DNA of 64,000 nt from Phycisphaerales bacterium. Lineage in GTDB: Bacteria > Planctomycetota > Phycisphaerae > Phycisphaerales > UBA1924. The notes below the pieces were generated by a model. The model was not told where the DNA came from. It saw nothing but the letters and a program-made list of their open reading frames with translations, and searched no databases. Shown in pieces: positions 53,220 through 61,862 of this stretch (the first letter of the stretch is position 1; every line of letters begins with the position of its first letter). Location: NCBI GenBank assembly GCA_040219655.1, contig JAVJSB010000003.1:141472-205471 (forward strand), given 5' to 3'. Both the position numbers and the translations under genes were made by a program.

Positions 53220-54737
53220 ATGTCCATGGCAGTGCACGGTGTTCACATCCCGACCGCGACGGAAGAGCTCGCGCCCGAGACGGGCGAACGCCTCACGCGC
53301 CCGTTTTCGCGCTTCGCCGCCCTGTCCAGCGCCGGCGGGATCATGCTCATCCTCGCGACCCTGGGCGCCATGCTCTGGGCCAACTCGCAGTGGGCCGACG
53401 CGTACCACTACGTCTTCCACGAGATCCCCCTCGCCATCGGGCTGCTGCCCGATACGGCGCTGACGACGGGTGTCGAGGGCAAGATCGTCTCGAACGCCGG
53501 GCACGTCAAGAACATTCACTGGTGGATCAATGACCTGCTGATGGCGGTCTTCTTCCTGCTCGTCGGGCTTGAGATCAAGCGCGAGATCCTCGTCGGCGAG
53601 CTCTCGAACATCAAGCGGGCGACGCTCCCCGTCTTCGCCGCCATCGGCGGCATGGTTGCCCCCGCGGGCATCTACATGATCTTCAACGCCCCCGGCACGG
53701 AGACCTTCCGCGGCTGGGGCATCCCGATGGCGACCGACATCGCTTTCGCGCTGGGCATCCTCGCGCTGCTCGGCTCGCGGGCGCCGGTGTCGCTCAAGAT
53801 CTTCCTGACGAGCCTCGCGATCGCCGACGACCTCGGCGCGCTGATGGTCATCGCGATCTTCTACACCGAGAAGCTCCAGCTGGTCTATCTCGGGTACTCC
53901 GCCGCGATCATCGCGGGCCTGTTCGCTCTGAACTTCATGGGCTTCCGCCGGGCGATCTGGTACCTGATCCCGGGCGTCTTCCTGTGGTATTTCGTGTACG
54001 CCTCGGGCGTGCACGCGACGATCGCGGGCGTGCTGCTCGCGGCGACGATCCCGGCGTCCAGCCGCGTCGACTCGAAGCGATACCTCTCCTACTCGCGCGC
54101 CGCCCTGGACGCCTTCGAGGAGCACTCACGCCCGGGCACGGACGTGAAGACCAACTCCGAGCAGCGGGCCGCGGTCTACGCCATCAGCAAGAACAACCAC
54201 TTCGTGATGCCGCTGCTGCACCGCATGGAGACCGCCATCCACCCGTGGGCGGCCTTCGCGATCATCCCGATCTTCGCGCTGGCCAACGCGGGCGTGCACA
54301 TCGGCGCCGAGTTCACCCAGAACGGCGTGGGCGGGTTCGTCAAGACCATCGCCGCCGACCCGATCATGATCGGCATCGTGCTCGGCCTGTTCGTGGGCAA
54401 GCCGGTCGGCATCGTCCTGTTCAGCTGGCTGAGCGTGAAGCTCAGGCTCGCCGAGCTGCCCAAGGGCGTGTCGTGGCGGCACATCCTCGGCGCCGGGTGC
54501 CTCGCGGGCATCGGGTTCACGATGGCGCTGTTCATCGCGAACCTCGCCTTCAAGACGCCCTACGACGCGACGCCCGAAGTCGCCGCGCTCGCGCTCGAGC
54601 ACCGAGAGCACGCGACGATCTCGATCCTGCTCGCCTCGCTTCTCAGCACGATCCTCGGGCTCGGCCTGCTCATGACGTGCCGGCCCAAGCCCGAGCCCGA
54701 GCCCGACGAGCTCGGGCCCGAGTTCCACTCCGCCTAA
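53220..54737 (+). CDS. nhaA: Na+/H+ antiporter NhaA
   Basis: WINDLLMAVFFLLVGLEIKREILVGEL signature and ~12 TM segments. It has a longer C-terminus than the enterobacterial NhaA. Confidence 0.88.
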   Translation: MSMAVHGVHIPTATEELAPETGERLTRPFSRFAALSSAGGIMLILATLGAMLWANSQWADAYHYVFHEIPLAIGLLPDTALTTGVEGKIVSNAGHVKNIHWWINDLLMAVFFLLVGLEIKREILVGELSNIKRATLPVFAAIGGMVAPAGIYMIFNAPGTETFRGWGIPMATDIAFALGILALLGSRAPVSLKIFLTSLAIADDLGALMVIAIFYTEKLQLVYLGYSAAIIAGLFALNFMGFRRAIWYLIPGVFLWYFVYASGVHATIAGVLLAATIPASSRVDSKRYLSYSRAALDAFEEHSRPGTDVKTNSEQRAAVYAISKNNHFVMPLLHRMETAIHPWAAFAIIPIFALANAGVHIGAEFTQNGVGGFVKTIAADPIMIGIVLGLFVGKPVGIVLFSWLSVKLRLAELPKGVSWRHILGAGCLAGIGFTMALFIANLAFKTPYDATPEVAALALEHREHATISILLASLLSTILGLGLLMTCRPKPEPEPDELGPEFHSA

Positions 54738-54785
54738 CCCCCGCGCGCCACGGCCGGCGCCATCCCCGCCACGGAAGGACCCCGC

Positions 54786-55286
54786 ATGGACTGCCCCCGC
54801 TGCGCCAACACGCTCTCGCAGATCACCGCCAACGGCGTCATCGTGGACGCCTGCCACCTCGGGTGCGGCGGGCTCTGGTTCGACCAGGGCGAGCTCAAGC
54901 GTTTCGACGAGGCGCTCGAGGACGCCGGGCCACTCCTCGCCGTCGAGACCGACCCGGACACCACCATCGACCTCGACGAGCGCGCCCACTGCCCGTCGTG
55001 CGGCGACCAGGTCATGATGCGGCACTTCTTCTCGACCCACCACGAGGTCGAGGTGGACGAGTGCCCGTCGTGCGCCGGGTTCTGGCTCGACGCGGGGGAG
55101 CTCGCGCGCGTCCGCGCCCTGTTCGAGTCCGAAGAGGAATCGAACGTCGCCGCCCGCGAGGCGTTCCGCGCCGAGTTCGGCGCGCAGCTCGACGAGATCG
55201 CGGCGGGCGACAACAGCCGCGCCGAGCGCTTCGCCTCGCTCTTCCGATTCATCTGCCCGTCGAACTACTTCGGCAAGGCGGCCTGA
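54786..55286 (+). CDS. Zinc-ribbon (TFIIB-type zf) domain protein, two repeats
   Basis: CPRC...VDACHLGCGGLWFDQGEL and CPSCG...VDECPSCAGFWLDAGEL. Confidence 0.75.
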   Translation: MDCPRCANTLSQITANGVIVDACHLGCGGLWFDQGELKRFDEALEDAGPLLAVETDPDTTIDLDERAHCPSCGDQVMMRHFFSTHHEVEVDECPSCAGFWLDAGELARVRALFESEEESNVAAREAFRAEFGAQLDEIAAGDNSRAERFASLFRFICPSNYFGKAA

Positions 55287-55292
55287 AGAGCC

Positions 55293-55370
55293 GTGAGCAG
55301 TGAGCAGTGAGCAGTGAGCAGTGAGCAGTGAGCAGTGAGCAGATTCTCTTCCTGAATGCTCAATGCTGAC
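55293..55370 (+). repeat. Perfect tandem heptamer (GTGAGCA)x7 followed by CAGATTC linker and CCTGAATGCTCAATGCTGA motif
   Basis: Heptamers span 55293..55341, starting 7 nt after the TGA stop at 55284..55286. On the + strand this gives a TGA every 7 nt. Confidence 0.9.
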
Positions 55371-55385
55371 GGCGCACGGCTGGTC

Positions 55386-55982
55386 TTACGTCCCGCCGTC
55401 GGACGCCTTGACCAGCCCCGCGTCCTCGAGCATGTAGAGCCCGAGCAGCCACCCGCTGACGATGTACGGGTCCGTCTTGAACGTCCCCTCGAGCGCGCCG
55501 TACCCCGGCGCGCCGCGCGTCGTGTCCAGCTCCTTCGCCATGCGCACCTCGACGGCGTCGTAGGGCGTCGGGGGCACGCCGATGCAGCACCCGTCCCACT
55601 GGTTCTGCATGATCAGCAGCTCTTCGGCGCCCGTGCCCGTCATCGGGAGCAGCAGGTAGCCCGTCAGCCGAACGCGCTTGCCCTCCAGGGCTTCGGTCCA
55701 CGCGGGCAGCTCGTTCTTGTCGGCGCGCGGGTCGTACATCCGCATCGCGGACGTCAGCACCGCCCAGTCCACGACGAAGGGCTTCTCCTTCGTGCCCTTG
55801 CCGAGCACCTTGATGCGGCCCTCGATGAGCAGCGACCCGTCGTCGAGCGTCTCGAACGTGCCCGGCTCGGCCGCCTCGGGCGCGGGGATCGTCGCGGGCT
55901 CCTCGGGCTGGGCCCAGCCGCCGGCGCCGAGCACCGCGACGCCGAGCGCCACCGAACCGATCAGTTTCCGTACATCAAGCAT
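55386..55982 (-). CDS. DUF3299 domain protein (secreted)
   Basis: Signal peptide; GKRVRLTGYLLLP...WDGCCIGVPPTPYDAVEV pattern. It is the last gene of the ABC operon. Confidence 0.7.
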   Translation of the reverse strand: MLDVRKLIGSVALGVAVLGAGGWAQPEEPATIPAPEAAEPGTFETLDDGSLLIEGRIKVLGKGTKEKPFVVDWAVLTSAMRMYDPRADKNELPAWTEALEGKRVRLTGYLLLPMTGTGAEELLIMQNQWDGCCIGVPPTPYDAVEVRMAKELDTTRGAPGYGALEGTFKTDPYIVSGWLLGLYMLEDAGLVKASDGGT

Positions 55983-56052
55983 GGTCCGCTCCTGAAGCTC
56001 GTGAGAGTTGTACGCCCGAACCGGCCGCGCAGACGCACCCGGGAGGGAGAAC

Positions 56053-57336
56053 TCACCCCAGCGGGCGGAGATTCCGCACGACGCTCGTCTTGTAGCCGGC
56101 GATCGCGGGGACCAGCCCCGCCACCACCGCGAGCCCGACCGTCGCGCCGACGACCGCCCCGGCGAGTTGCCACCCGAAGCTCGGCGTGACGACCAGCCCG
56201 AGCCGCGCCTCGAGCACGCCCGCGACGACGACGCCCCCCACCGTCGCGACGAGGGTGCCCAGCACCGCCCCGATGAGCCCGATCAGCGCGCTCTCGACGA
56301 TGACGAGCCGGAAGATCCGCGCCCGGCTCGCGCCCAGCACGCGGAGCAGCGCGATCTGACGCCGACGCTGCTCCATCGAGTTGTACATCGCGAGCATGAT
56401 CGCGATCGCCGACGACGCCATCACGGCACCCGCCATCGCGATCAGGATCTTGTCGATGTTGCCCACGATCTCGAACAGGCGGTTGATCTCGCCGCTGGGC
56501 TCGGCGACCACGAAGCTCGGGTTGCGCCGCAATTGCACCAGCACCTGCGGCAGGTACGCCGGCGGGCCCGAACTCCCGGGACGCCCGATCGCGCGCCCGT
56601 AGATCCCCGTGATCAGCTTGTCGGCGTCCACCAGATCGTCCGGCGTCGTCACCGCGTCCGGCCCGATCTCCTGCAGCCGCCGATCGTGCGCGTGCAGCGT
56701 CCACGAGCTCGTCAGGTCGGTAAACAGCGCCCGGTCGTGCGGGCTGCCGGTGGGCTCGAGGATGCCGACGACCGTGTAGTCGTACTCGTCGTGGACGTGC
56801 GCGTCCGGGTCGCGCGGCCCGCCGTGGCGAAGGTTGATCGTGTCGCCCACGCTCAGCACCGCCGCCCGCGCCGCCTCCGAACCGACGACGACCTCGAACG
56901 GCGCGTCGAACGCCTCACCCGACGCGAACTCGAAGGGCTCGCCCTGCACCGGCTCGAAGTCCGTAAAGAACTCAGGCACCGTCGCCATCACGGGGCGCCC
57001 GCGGTAGCTGTCGCCCTGCTGGGTCGGGATCATCACGAGCGGGAACCGCAGCGACCCCCGCAAGCCCTCGAACTCCTGCCAGGTGATCGGGTTCGCCGGC
57101 GGGTTCGCGTAGAACACGCCGTTGAGCACGCTGACCAGCGGGCTCGAGTCCCGGCTGATGAGCATGTGCATGTTCCCGATGCCGCGCTCAAAGCTCTTGC
57201 GACCCGAGTCCTTCATCGAGAGCAGCAGCAGCATGAGCCCGACGGAAACCGCGACGAGCGCGACGGTCGTCACCGTCGAGAACATCCGGGCGGACATGGA
57301 CCGCTGCACGATGGTTGCGTCGCCGATCGCCATCAC
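56053..57336 (-). CDS. ABC transporter permease, FtsX/MacB-like
   Basis: N-terminal TM, a large periplasmic domain, and three C-terminal TMs with the FtsX-like segment. It overlaps the ATPase gene stop. Confidence 0.8.
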   Translation of the reverse strand: MMAIGDATIVQRSMSARMFSTVTTVALVAVSVGLMLLLLSMKDSGRKSFERGIGNMHMLISRDSSPLVSVLNGVFYANPPANPITWQEFEGLRGSLRFPLVMIPTQQGDSYRGRPVMATVPEFFTDFEPVQGEPFEFASGEAFDAPFEVVVGSEAARAAVLSVGDTINLRHGGPRDPDAHVHDEYDYTVVGILEPTGSPHDRALFTDLTSSWTLHAHDRRLQEIGPDAVTTPDDLVDADKLITGIYGRAIGRPGSSGPPAYLPQVLVQLRRNPSFVVAEPSGEINRLFEIVGNIDKILIAMAGAVMASSAIAIMLAMYNSMEQRRRQIALLRVLGASRARIFRLVIVESALIGLIGAVLGTLVATVGGVVVAGVLEARLGLVVTPSFGWQLAGAVVGATVGLAVVAGLVPAIAGYKTSVVRNLRPLG

Positions 57337-58034
57337 GCCACCCCCCCACCAACCGTCGTGGCGCTGAGCGCCCCGAGCTCGCCGCGCCGCTCGAACCGCG
57401 ACGCCATCGCCGGGTCATGACTCACGCACAGCAGCGCCGCGCCGTGCTCGCGGCAAGCGTTCTGCATCAGGTCCATCGCGACGGCCGCGGCTTCGGGGTC
57501 CAGGCTCGCGGTCGGTTCGTCGGCCAGCACGAGCGCGGGCCCGCAGACGAGCGCCCGCGCCACCGCGACGCGCTGCTGCTGCCCGACGCTCAGTTCGCCC
57601 GGGTCCGCGTCCACCCGGTCGATGCCCAGGTCGTTGAGCGTCTTGCGCGCCAGGTCGCGGTGCGTGGACCGCGACACGCCGGAGAACGTCAGCGCGACCA
57701 TCACGTTCTCCAGCGCGCTGAAGCCCGGCAGCAGGTGGTGCGTCTGAAAGACCATCCCGATCTGACGCCCGCGGAAGCGGTCCCGCTTGGCGCCGTGGAT
57801 CGCGTGCATCGCCTGCCCGCCCACGCGGACCGTGCCCTCGCGGGGCTCGATCAGGCCCGCGATCAGGTGCAGCAGCGTGCTCTTGCCGCGCCCAGACCCG
57901 CCGGTGAGCAGCATCTGCTCGCCCTTCGCGAGCGTGAGCCCGTCGATCGCGATCACGTCGTCGTTCGCGCCGGCGTAGCGGAACCGAAGCCCCTCGATCT
58001 CGAGCGCCGGCGGGTTCTCAGCTTGCTTGGTCAT
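57333..58034 (-). CDS. ABC transporter ATP-binding protein (LolD/MacB-type)
   Basis: Walker A GGSGRGKST, signature LSVGQQQRVAVARAL, Walker B LVLADEPT. Confidence 0.9.
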   Translation of the reverse strand: MTKQAENPPALEIEGLRFRYAGANDDVIAIDGLTLAKGEQMLLTGGSGRGKSTLLHLIAGLIEPREGTVRVGGQAMHAIHGAKRDRFRGRQIGMVFQTHHLLPGFSALENVMVALTFSGVSRSTHRDLARKTLNDLGIDRVDADPGELSVGQQQRVAVARALVCGPALVLADEPTASLDPEAAAVAMDLMQNACREHGAALLCVSHDPAMASRFERRGELGALSATTVGGGVA

Positions 58035-58099
58035 GGCTGCAAATCTATGCGCGCCGAGCCTTCCACGCCGGTACGCTCAACCCAAGCGAGGACCGAACC

Positions 58100-59581
58100 T
58101 TGGAATGCAAGACCTGCGGCTACGCCCTGTGGAACCTCAAGGACCGCACCTGCCCCGAGTGCGGCGCGGGGTTCAAGCCGTCCGATTACGGCTTCCGCCC
58201 CGGCGCCGTGCGCTACATGTGCCCGCACTGCGGGCAGGATTACTACGGCACGGACGACCGCGGGCACCTCGTGCCGCGCTCGTTCGACTGCGTCTCGTGC
58301 CACACACCCGTGACAATGGACGAGATGGTGCTGCTGCCCGCCGAGGGCGTGCCCGAGTCGAAGACCGAGCTGCAGGACCTGCCCTGGGAGGACCGCAAGG
58401 CGCGGGGAACGTTCAGGGCGTGGTGGCAGACGACCAAAGCCGCGATGCTCCGCCCGGGCGAGCTCATGTCCGCCCGCAACGACACCAGCTCGCTGGGCGC
58501 GGCGTGGGGGTACTTCGCCGTCACCTTCGGGATGATCTTCCTGATCGGGGCGCTGCTCGGGACGCTCTTCCTCGCCCTTTTCTCGCTCGTGTTCTCAGGC
58601 GCGGGCGGCATCCCCCCGAACTTCCTTGGCATCATGCTGCTCGTGCAACTCGCGGCCTTCGGCGCTGCGGTCATCATCACCGTCGTCTTCGTCCTGCTCT
58701 GGGCCCTCGCGACGCACGGGCTGCTCCGCGTCACGGGCGCGTGCGCCGGCTCGATCCGCACGACGTTCCACGCGCTGCTCTACTCAAGCGGGCCCAACTT
58801 CCTCAACGCGATCCCCTGCCTGAACAACCTCCCGATCGGGTCCGTCTGGTGGGTCGTCTCGGCGATCCTGATGATCAAACGCGGGCACGAGGTCTCCGGT
58901 CTGCGGGCGTCGTTCGCCGTGCTGCTCTTTCCGATCCTGAGCGTCGGGGTGCTGCTTGTCGGGTACATGGCGTTCATCGCATGGATGGTGACGCTGACGC
59001 CCACGACGACGAACTTCAACGTCGCCGCGACGACGCACCCCGAGATGGAGGCGATGGCCTTCGCCGCCGAGACGCGCGCCAACGAGCGCGGCGCCGGGTG
59101 GGACCACACCGACCACGCGCTCATGCTGCTCGCCGAAGACCGCGTGGACGCCTTCGACTTCATCGCGGCGGACACGCCGACGCTGCTCGACGAGATCCCG
59201 CTGACCAACGGCGAGACCCTCGACGACTACGCCGAGTACGCCGACGGCGACGTCGCGGACGTCGCGGGCCTGTTCGATCCGCTGCCCGAAGACGTCGTCG
59301 CGCACCGCGTGGGCGACTTCGTCTTCACCTGGCACGGCATCGACGCGTCCGACCCGCCGCCCGGGCTGTGGGTGATCGTCGAGCACAACCTGCGCGACGT
59401 GGGCTCCGGGTCCGACTTCGCCTACGCGATGCAGGCGGACGGGGCGATCGTGGACATCCCGCCCGGTTCCATGCAGAACTTCCTGCCAGCCCAGAACGCG
59501 CTCCGCGCGCTGCACAACCTGCGCCCGCTGCCCGACCCCACCGCCGTGACACAACAAGAGCCCGCGACCGCGGGCCCTTGA
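58100..59581 (+). CDS. Double zinc-ribbon protein fused to Yip1-like polytopic membrane domain and acidic C-terminal domain
   Basis: MECKTCGYALWNLKDRTCPECG plus CPHCG...CVSC, then 5 or more TM helices, then a D/E-rich soluble tail. Confidence 0.7.
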   Translation: MECKTCGYALWNLKDRTCPECGAGFKPSDYGFRPGAVRYMCPHCGQDYYGTDDRGHLVPRSFDCVSCHTPVTMDEMVLLPAEGVPESKTELQDLPWEDRKARGTFRAWWQTTKAAMLRPGELMSARNDTSSLGAAWGYFAVTFGMIFLIGALLGTLFLALFSLVFSGAGGIPPNFLGIMLLVQLAAFGAAVIITVVFVLLWALATHGLLRVTGACAGSIRTTFHALLYSSGPNFLNAIPCLNNLPIGSVWWVVSAILMIKRGHEVSGLRASFAVLLFPILSVGVLLVGYMAFIAWMVTLTPTTTNFNVAATTHPEMEAMAFAAETRANERGAGWDHTDHALMLLAEDRVDAFDFIAADTPTLLDEIPLTNGETLDDYAEYADGDVADVAGLFDPLPEDVVAHRVGDFVFTWHGIDASDPPPGLWVIVEHNLRDVGSGSDFAYAMQADGAIVDIPPGSMQNFLPAQNALRALHNLRPLPDPTAVTQQEPATAGP

Positions 59582-59604
59582 AGGTGTTCGGAATGTCCTG
59601 ACGC

Positions 59605-61752
59605 TCACCGACGGCGGCGCGACGCGACCAGCCCGCCCATCGCGAGCAGCGCGGCGCTCGCGGGGGTGGGTGTCACCGTCGCGAGGACCGCGTTGGACAG
59701 GTACGTCAGCTCGACGGCGAGCCCGTCGCGCAGCCCGCGGACATTCAGCGAGCCGAACTCGCCGAAGACGGACCCGTCGGCCAGGACGAGCACGAACTCA
59801 TCGCCCGCCTTGGGGTCGTACGAGCCGTTGAAGACGAGCGTGAGCGCGGCGGAGGGAGCCAGGAACCCGTCGCCCCCGATGCCGATCGACCCGAAGTTGT
59901 CCGGCTCGGTGCCCGCGAGCCCCAGGATGATCTCCGAGCCCGCCTCGGCGCGGAAGTCGCCGACGGTCGAGAGCCCCGCGAGCCCGTCGTCGCCGCGCAA
60001 GATACGCCCCGACGCGGGATCGATTTCGAGGATGCCGTCGACGATCAGGCTGTTGAGGTTCTGCAGCGTCCGCCCGCCGCGGAGGCGGAGGATGCCGTCC
60101 TCCGCGATGAGCTGCAGCGCGCCGAGCGCGTCGTTGCCCTGACCGTCGATGAACAGCGAGCCGACGCCGTCGAGGATCAGCTCGTTGGAGATCGTGTTGA
60201 TCATGAGGTTGGGCGCCTGCAGGGTGCCCTCGATCTCGAAGAACGCGTCCTCGAAGATGCCGCTCTGGAAGTTGCCCAGCACGCCGTTGACCACGAGCGA
60301 CGAGTTCATGCCGACACGGACGCGCCCGCCGTCCACCACGTTGAAATCGTCCACCGTCTGGAACTCCCGGCCGTCCTCGAGCGCGAAGCGCCCCTGCGAC
60401 CCCACGACGATGAGCTCCTCGATCCCCGTCAGCTGCGAGTCGGCGCCGATCAGCGTCACGTCCGCCTCGAGGAAGGGGATCTGATCGCCGGGCAGCAGCT
60501 GCAGCTGCCCCTCGATCTGGTACGTCCCGCCCATGAGCACGCCGCTCTGCAGGTTGGTCAGCCCGAACTCCTGGATCGCGAACAGCGAGTCCTGATCCAC
60601 GCGCAGCAGGCCGTTGTTGGTGAACGCCTCGTTGGTCACGAAGTCGTACCCGCCGCCGATGCGGAACGAGCTGCCCTGCCCGATCTCGTCGAGGGCTTCG
60701 ATGCCGTTGAACGTGGAGAACTCGCCGAAGATCTCGACGGCGGCGCCGCCGATGATCGAGTCGATCTGCTGGTTCTCGAAGGTCAGCGTGGACCCGCCGC
60801 GCACGCGCCAGGTGCCGAGCTGCAACGCGTTGTCGTCCGTCACGCCCGTGCTGTTCGTGAAGAGCATCTCGCCGAACCCGACGGCGACCGTGCCGTTGTT
60901 CACGAAGTCGAGCTGGCTGAACGTCGTGGTGAGCGCCCCGCGGTTGCCGAAGCGCCCCGTGAGCTCCTGCGTCACGACGCCGTCGTTGACAAACGAGGCG
61001 GGCGTCTTGCTGTCGCCGGACATCGTGCCCCCGCCGTCGCGGATCGCGAAGGTCCCGCCCTCGTTGTTCATGACCATGCCGCCGTTGGTGACGGCGACGG
61101 TGCCGGCGCCGGTCCAGTTCATGTTCTTGCCGTTGCCGACACACGTGTCGTCGATCGAGGCGAACATGTCGCCGCCGCCCGTGTCGAGCGTCAGCTCGCC
61201 CAGGTTGTTGAGCTCCCCGATCCCGACGAGCTCGCTCGCCGTCAGCGTGAGCGAGCCCTGCGGCCCGACGTCCCACTGCGCGATGTTCTGGAACAACATG
61301 TTCGTGCCGACCGCGTCGCCGACGACCGCGAACTGGTTCATGTCCCGGACGGTCGCGTTGGACATGTTCGCGCTGCCCCCGACGAGCAGGGCGCCCGCCT
61401 GGTTGCTGTTGCCGCGGATCGCGCCGTTGGACAGCGACAGGTCGGCCGAGACGCCGAACCCGTTGTCGTTCAGGTTGAACGTCGCGACGTTCGCCGTCAG
61501 CGAGAAGTTCAGCACCGTCGCGTTGGTGACGTCGAGCGTGCAGGTGTACCCCGTCTTGCCGATGACGTCGAAGATCGCGTTGTCGTTGGCGCCCGGGCCG
61601 CCCGCGGGCGACCACGCGCCGGAGTTCGACCAGGTGTCGTCCACCGGGCTCGCCCAGAAGAAGTCCGTCTGGGCGTACGCCGAGCCTGCCAAAGCGCCGA
61701 TGACCGCGCCACACATCAATCGCCGACCGCGCCGGCTGGGAACACCCGTCAT
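59605..61752 (-). CDS. Large secreted beta-helix-like repeat protein with PEP-CTERM-like anchor
   Basis: Signal peptide ...GALAGSAYAQ. G/N/T-rich repetitive beta-strand pattern. C-terminus is TPTPASAALLAMGGLVASRRRR. Confidence 0.75.
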   Translation of the reverse strand: MTGVPSRRGRRLMCGAVIGALAGSAYAQTDFFWASPVDDTWSNSGAWSPAGGPGANDNAIFDVIGKTGYTCTLDVTNATVLNFSLTANVATFNLNDNGFGVSADLSLSNGAIRGNSNQAGALLVGGSANMSNATVRDMNQFAVVGDAVGTNMLFQNIAQWDVGPQGSLTLTASELVGIGELNNLGELTLDTGGGDMFASIDDTCVGNGKNMNWTGAGTVAVTNGGMVMNNEGGTFAIRDGGGTMSGDSKTPASFVNDGVVTQELTGRFGNRGALTTTFSQLDFVNNGTVAVGFGEMLFTNSTGVTDDNALQLGTWRVRGGSTLTFENQQIDSIIGGAAVEIFGEFSTFNGIEALDEIGQGSSFRIGGGYDFVTNEAFTNNGLLRVDQDSLFAIQEFGLTNLQSGVLMGGTYQIEGQLQLLPGDQIPFLEADVTLIGADSQLTGIEELIVVGSQGRFALEDGREFQTVDDFNVVDGGRVRVGMNSSLVVNGVLGNFQSGIFEDAFFEIEGTLQAPNLMINTISNELILDGVGSLFIDGQGNDALGALQLIAEDGILRLRGGRTLQNLNSLIVDGILEIDPASGRILRGDDGLAGLSTVGDFRAEAGSEIILGLAGTEPDNFGSIGIGGDGFLAPSAALTLVFNGSYDPKAGDEFVLVLADGSVFGEFGSLNVRGLRDGLAVELTYLSNAVLATVTPTPASAALLAMGGLVASRRRR

Positions 61753-61862
61753 ATCTCACTCCTCCGGATGGAACTGATCCACGATACCCCAGGTCCGGTA
61801 GGCGACCAAAGGAATGCCCACTTTGACGTCCGATCAGTCGAGTTCCCCCCGGATCGCCCCGA

